Made by a program: the position numbers and the translations under genes
Notes under the pieces: generated by a model
Told to the model about the DNA's origin: nothing
Database searches by the model: none
What the model saw: only the letters and a program-made list of their open reading frames with translations
In this document: piece after piece, positions 62,705 through 64,000 of the stretch
How the letters are laid out: each line of letters opens with the position of its first letter
How positions within the stretch are numbered: the stretch's first letter is position 1
NCBI GenBank assembly: GCA_001179505.1
Contig: CDMY01000330.1
Coordinates: forward strand, 54,125-118,124
DNA from: Vitrella brassicaformis CCMP3155
Lineage: Eukaryota; Protista; Chromerida
DNA: 64,000 nt
Direction of reading: 5' to 3'

Positions 62705-63802
62705 CAGGCAGGAATGGGTCCGAGCATGAGTGACTGAGCGAGCGGACCTGTCAGTGCAACCCGCCGTAATGGAACGGCAGATGTACGTCTTGAGCAGCGC
62801 CGCGCCCTGTTAAAGGCATGACCTGAGTGATTGATTGGCTGAGTTACGATTTTAGTGAGAGGCCGGCCGTCAATGTTCAATGAGCCACTGTGCGCGCGGC
62901 TGAAATGCCTCGCAATCCCTGGCAGCCGGATGACACCGGCTGTGTATCGAAGCGCCAGTGCTCGACAGACACCGGAAGCAAGAAGGGGCCGCAACCATCC
63001 AGGAAAGAGGCCGCTCAGAGTCTACCGGGGTCTTGGCATTTGAACTCCTGCCCCGGAATGGCCTCTCAGGGGCTGAAAAGCACCTTACAGCCAGACTGCC
63101 TTCCGTCCGACCATATCAATTTGGACGACACCATCACCTTGAAGCTTGAGCAGCCAAATCCCGTTTGCCAGGATGCGATGCCGAGGATGACAGCCCTAGT
63201 GCAGTGTGCAGACAGAGTGTTCCACAAACTGCAGCGTGTCACGCCTCAAAGTTAAGGCCTCAGAACACTCTGTTGAGACGCAAGACCCCCCGGGCTTGCC
63301 AGCTCACATGGCAAGACCTCTCGAGATGGGTAACTCAGTGAGTCGCCCACCTCGAGAGGTCCGACCCTTCCTCATTCCTCCTTAGGGCCTCGCCCCGCGG
63401 TGGTTCTTATACCGGACGTCTCCGCGAACCGAACTCGCGCCCTTCACGGTTGTGACAGGGAAGCATACCCACTGAGGCATGCCTGAACTGACCAAATGGC
63501 GAGGCCACTTCGGCTACACTCCGCCACTCGGCATCTTCCATCCATCAAATCGCCACGTGGCGCCGCCAAACGCTCACAGGTGCCTCACAGGGCACACACC
63601 ACTAAGCTGGAGGCTCCAGTTATGCGGAAAAAGCTAAACTAGCTGGGGCCCCAGCGCTGGGCCCCATTGCAGAGGAGAGAGGCCGCAGATCGCCGAGGAG
63701 GCCACTTCGGCTGCAATCCAGTGACAGAAGGCTCATCAGCATCTAAGTCGTACAGCAATCTGCTTCCTGAGCGAGAACGAGCCGAGCTGCGACGGTTTTG
63801 GA
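62705..63802 (+). repeat. Dispersed ~1 kb repeat, copy 3 (longest; ends abruptly at 63802)
   Basis: Colinear with copies 1 and 2 up to GACGGTTTTGGA, then switches to unrelated sequence. Confidence 0.9.
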
Positions 63803-64000
63803 TGTTGGGATTTGCCATGTGTTTTACGAGTCATAGCGCTCTACCTACTGTTTTGGCACACTTTGTTGAGTTGGCGAGCTTTGTGTGCGTTGTTTTGTGT
63901 GACCGTTGCCCAACGCTCTGCGATGCTGCCTGGCTTTTCTTTGCTGTTCTTCCTCTCGTCCCTCGCTGCCTCTGCTTGCGCAGTTCTTTGCTGATGAGCC
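63803..64000. mobile_element. Candidate LTR start inserted into repeat copy 3
   Basis: Homology breaks exactly at TGTTGGGA..., a typical LTR 5'-TG terminus. The other end lies outside the window. Confidence 0.35.

Overview
A eukaryotic, GC-rich, intron-dense window. It is probably from a chromerid alveolate such as Vitrella brassicaformis; this is inferred from short introns full of (GT)n/(GTCT)n/(GGAT)n, bipartite plastid leaders with Phe at +1, a CDPK and a Cys-repeat multipass receptor. About 17 genes can be reconstructed by eye, including a SNF2 ATPase, a plastid acyl-CoA/ACP synthetase, GGT, a lumenal DUF1499 protein, plastid PDH E1-beta, a CDPK, a large PBP/Cys-rich/multi-TM receptor spanning a 300-N gap, a TM-RING E3, a TFIIS-N protein, a CNBD K+ channel and a Cid1/TUTase-like nucleotidyltransferase. 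Most long ORFs in the supplied track are intron or microsatellite read-through artefacts. The most unusual region is a microsatellite-poor island at about 44.4-48.3 kb. It holds one near-complete and three orphan or degenerate tandem HsdR/RecB-type (D..ExK..QxxxY) nuclease cassettes next to a small secreted ApoL-like glycine-zipper protein. Other signals: a palindrome-rich ~1 kb dispersed repeat in three copies (one probably interrupted by an LTR), a TGCGAGCT motif concentrated upstream of genes, at least six GC-AG introns, AC/GT-bracketed introns and a 101-nt fold-back. Gene spans are approximate, hand-spliced models.
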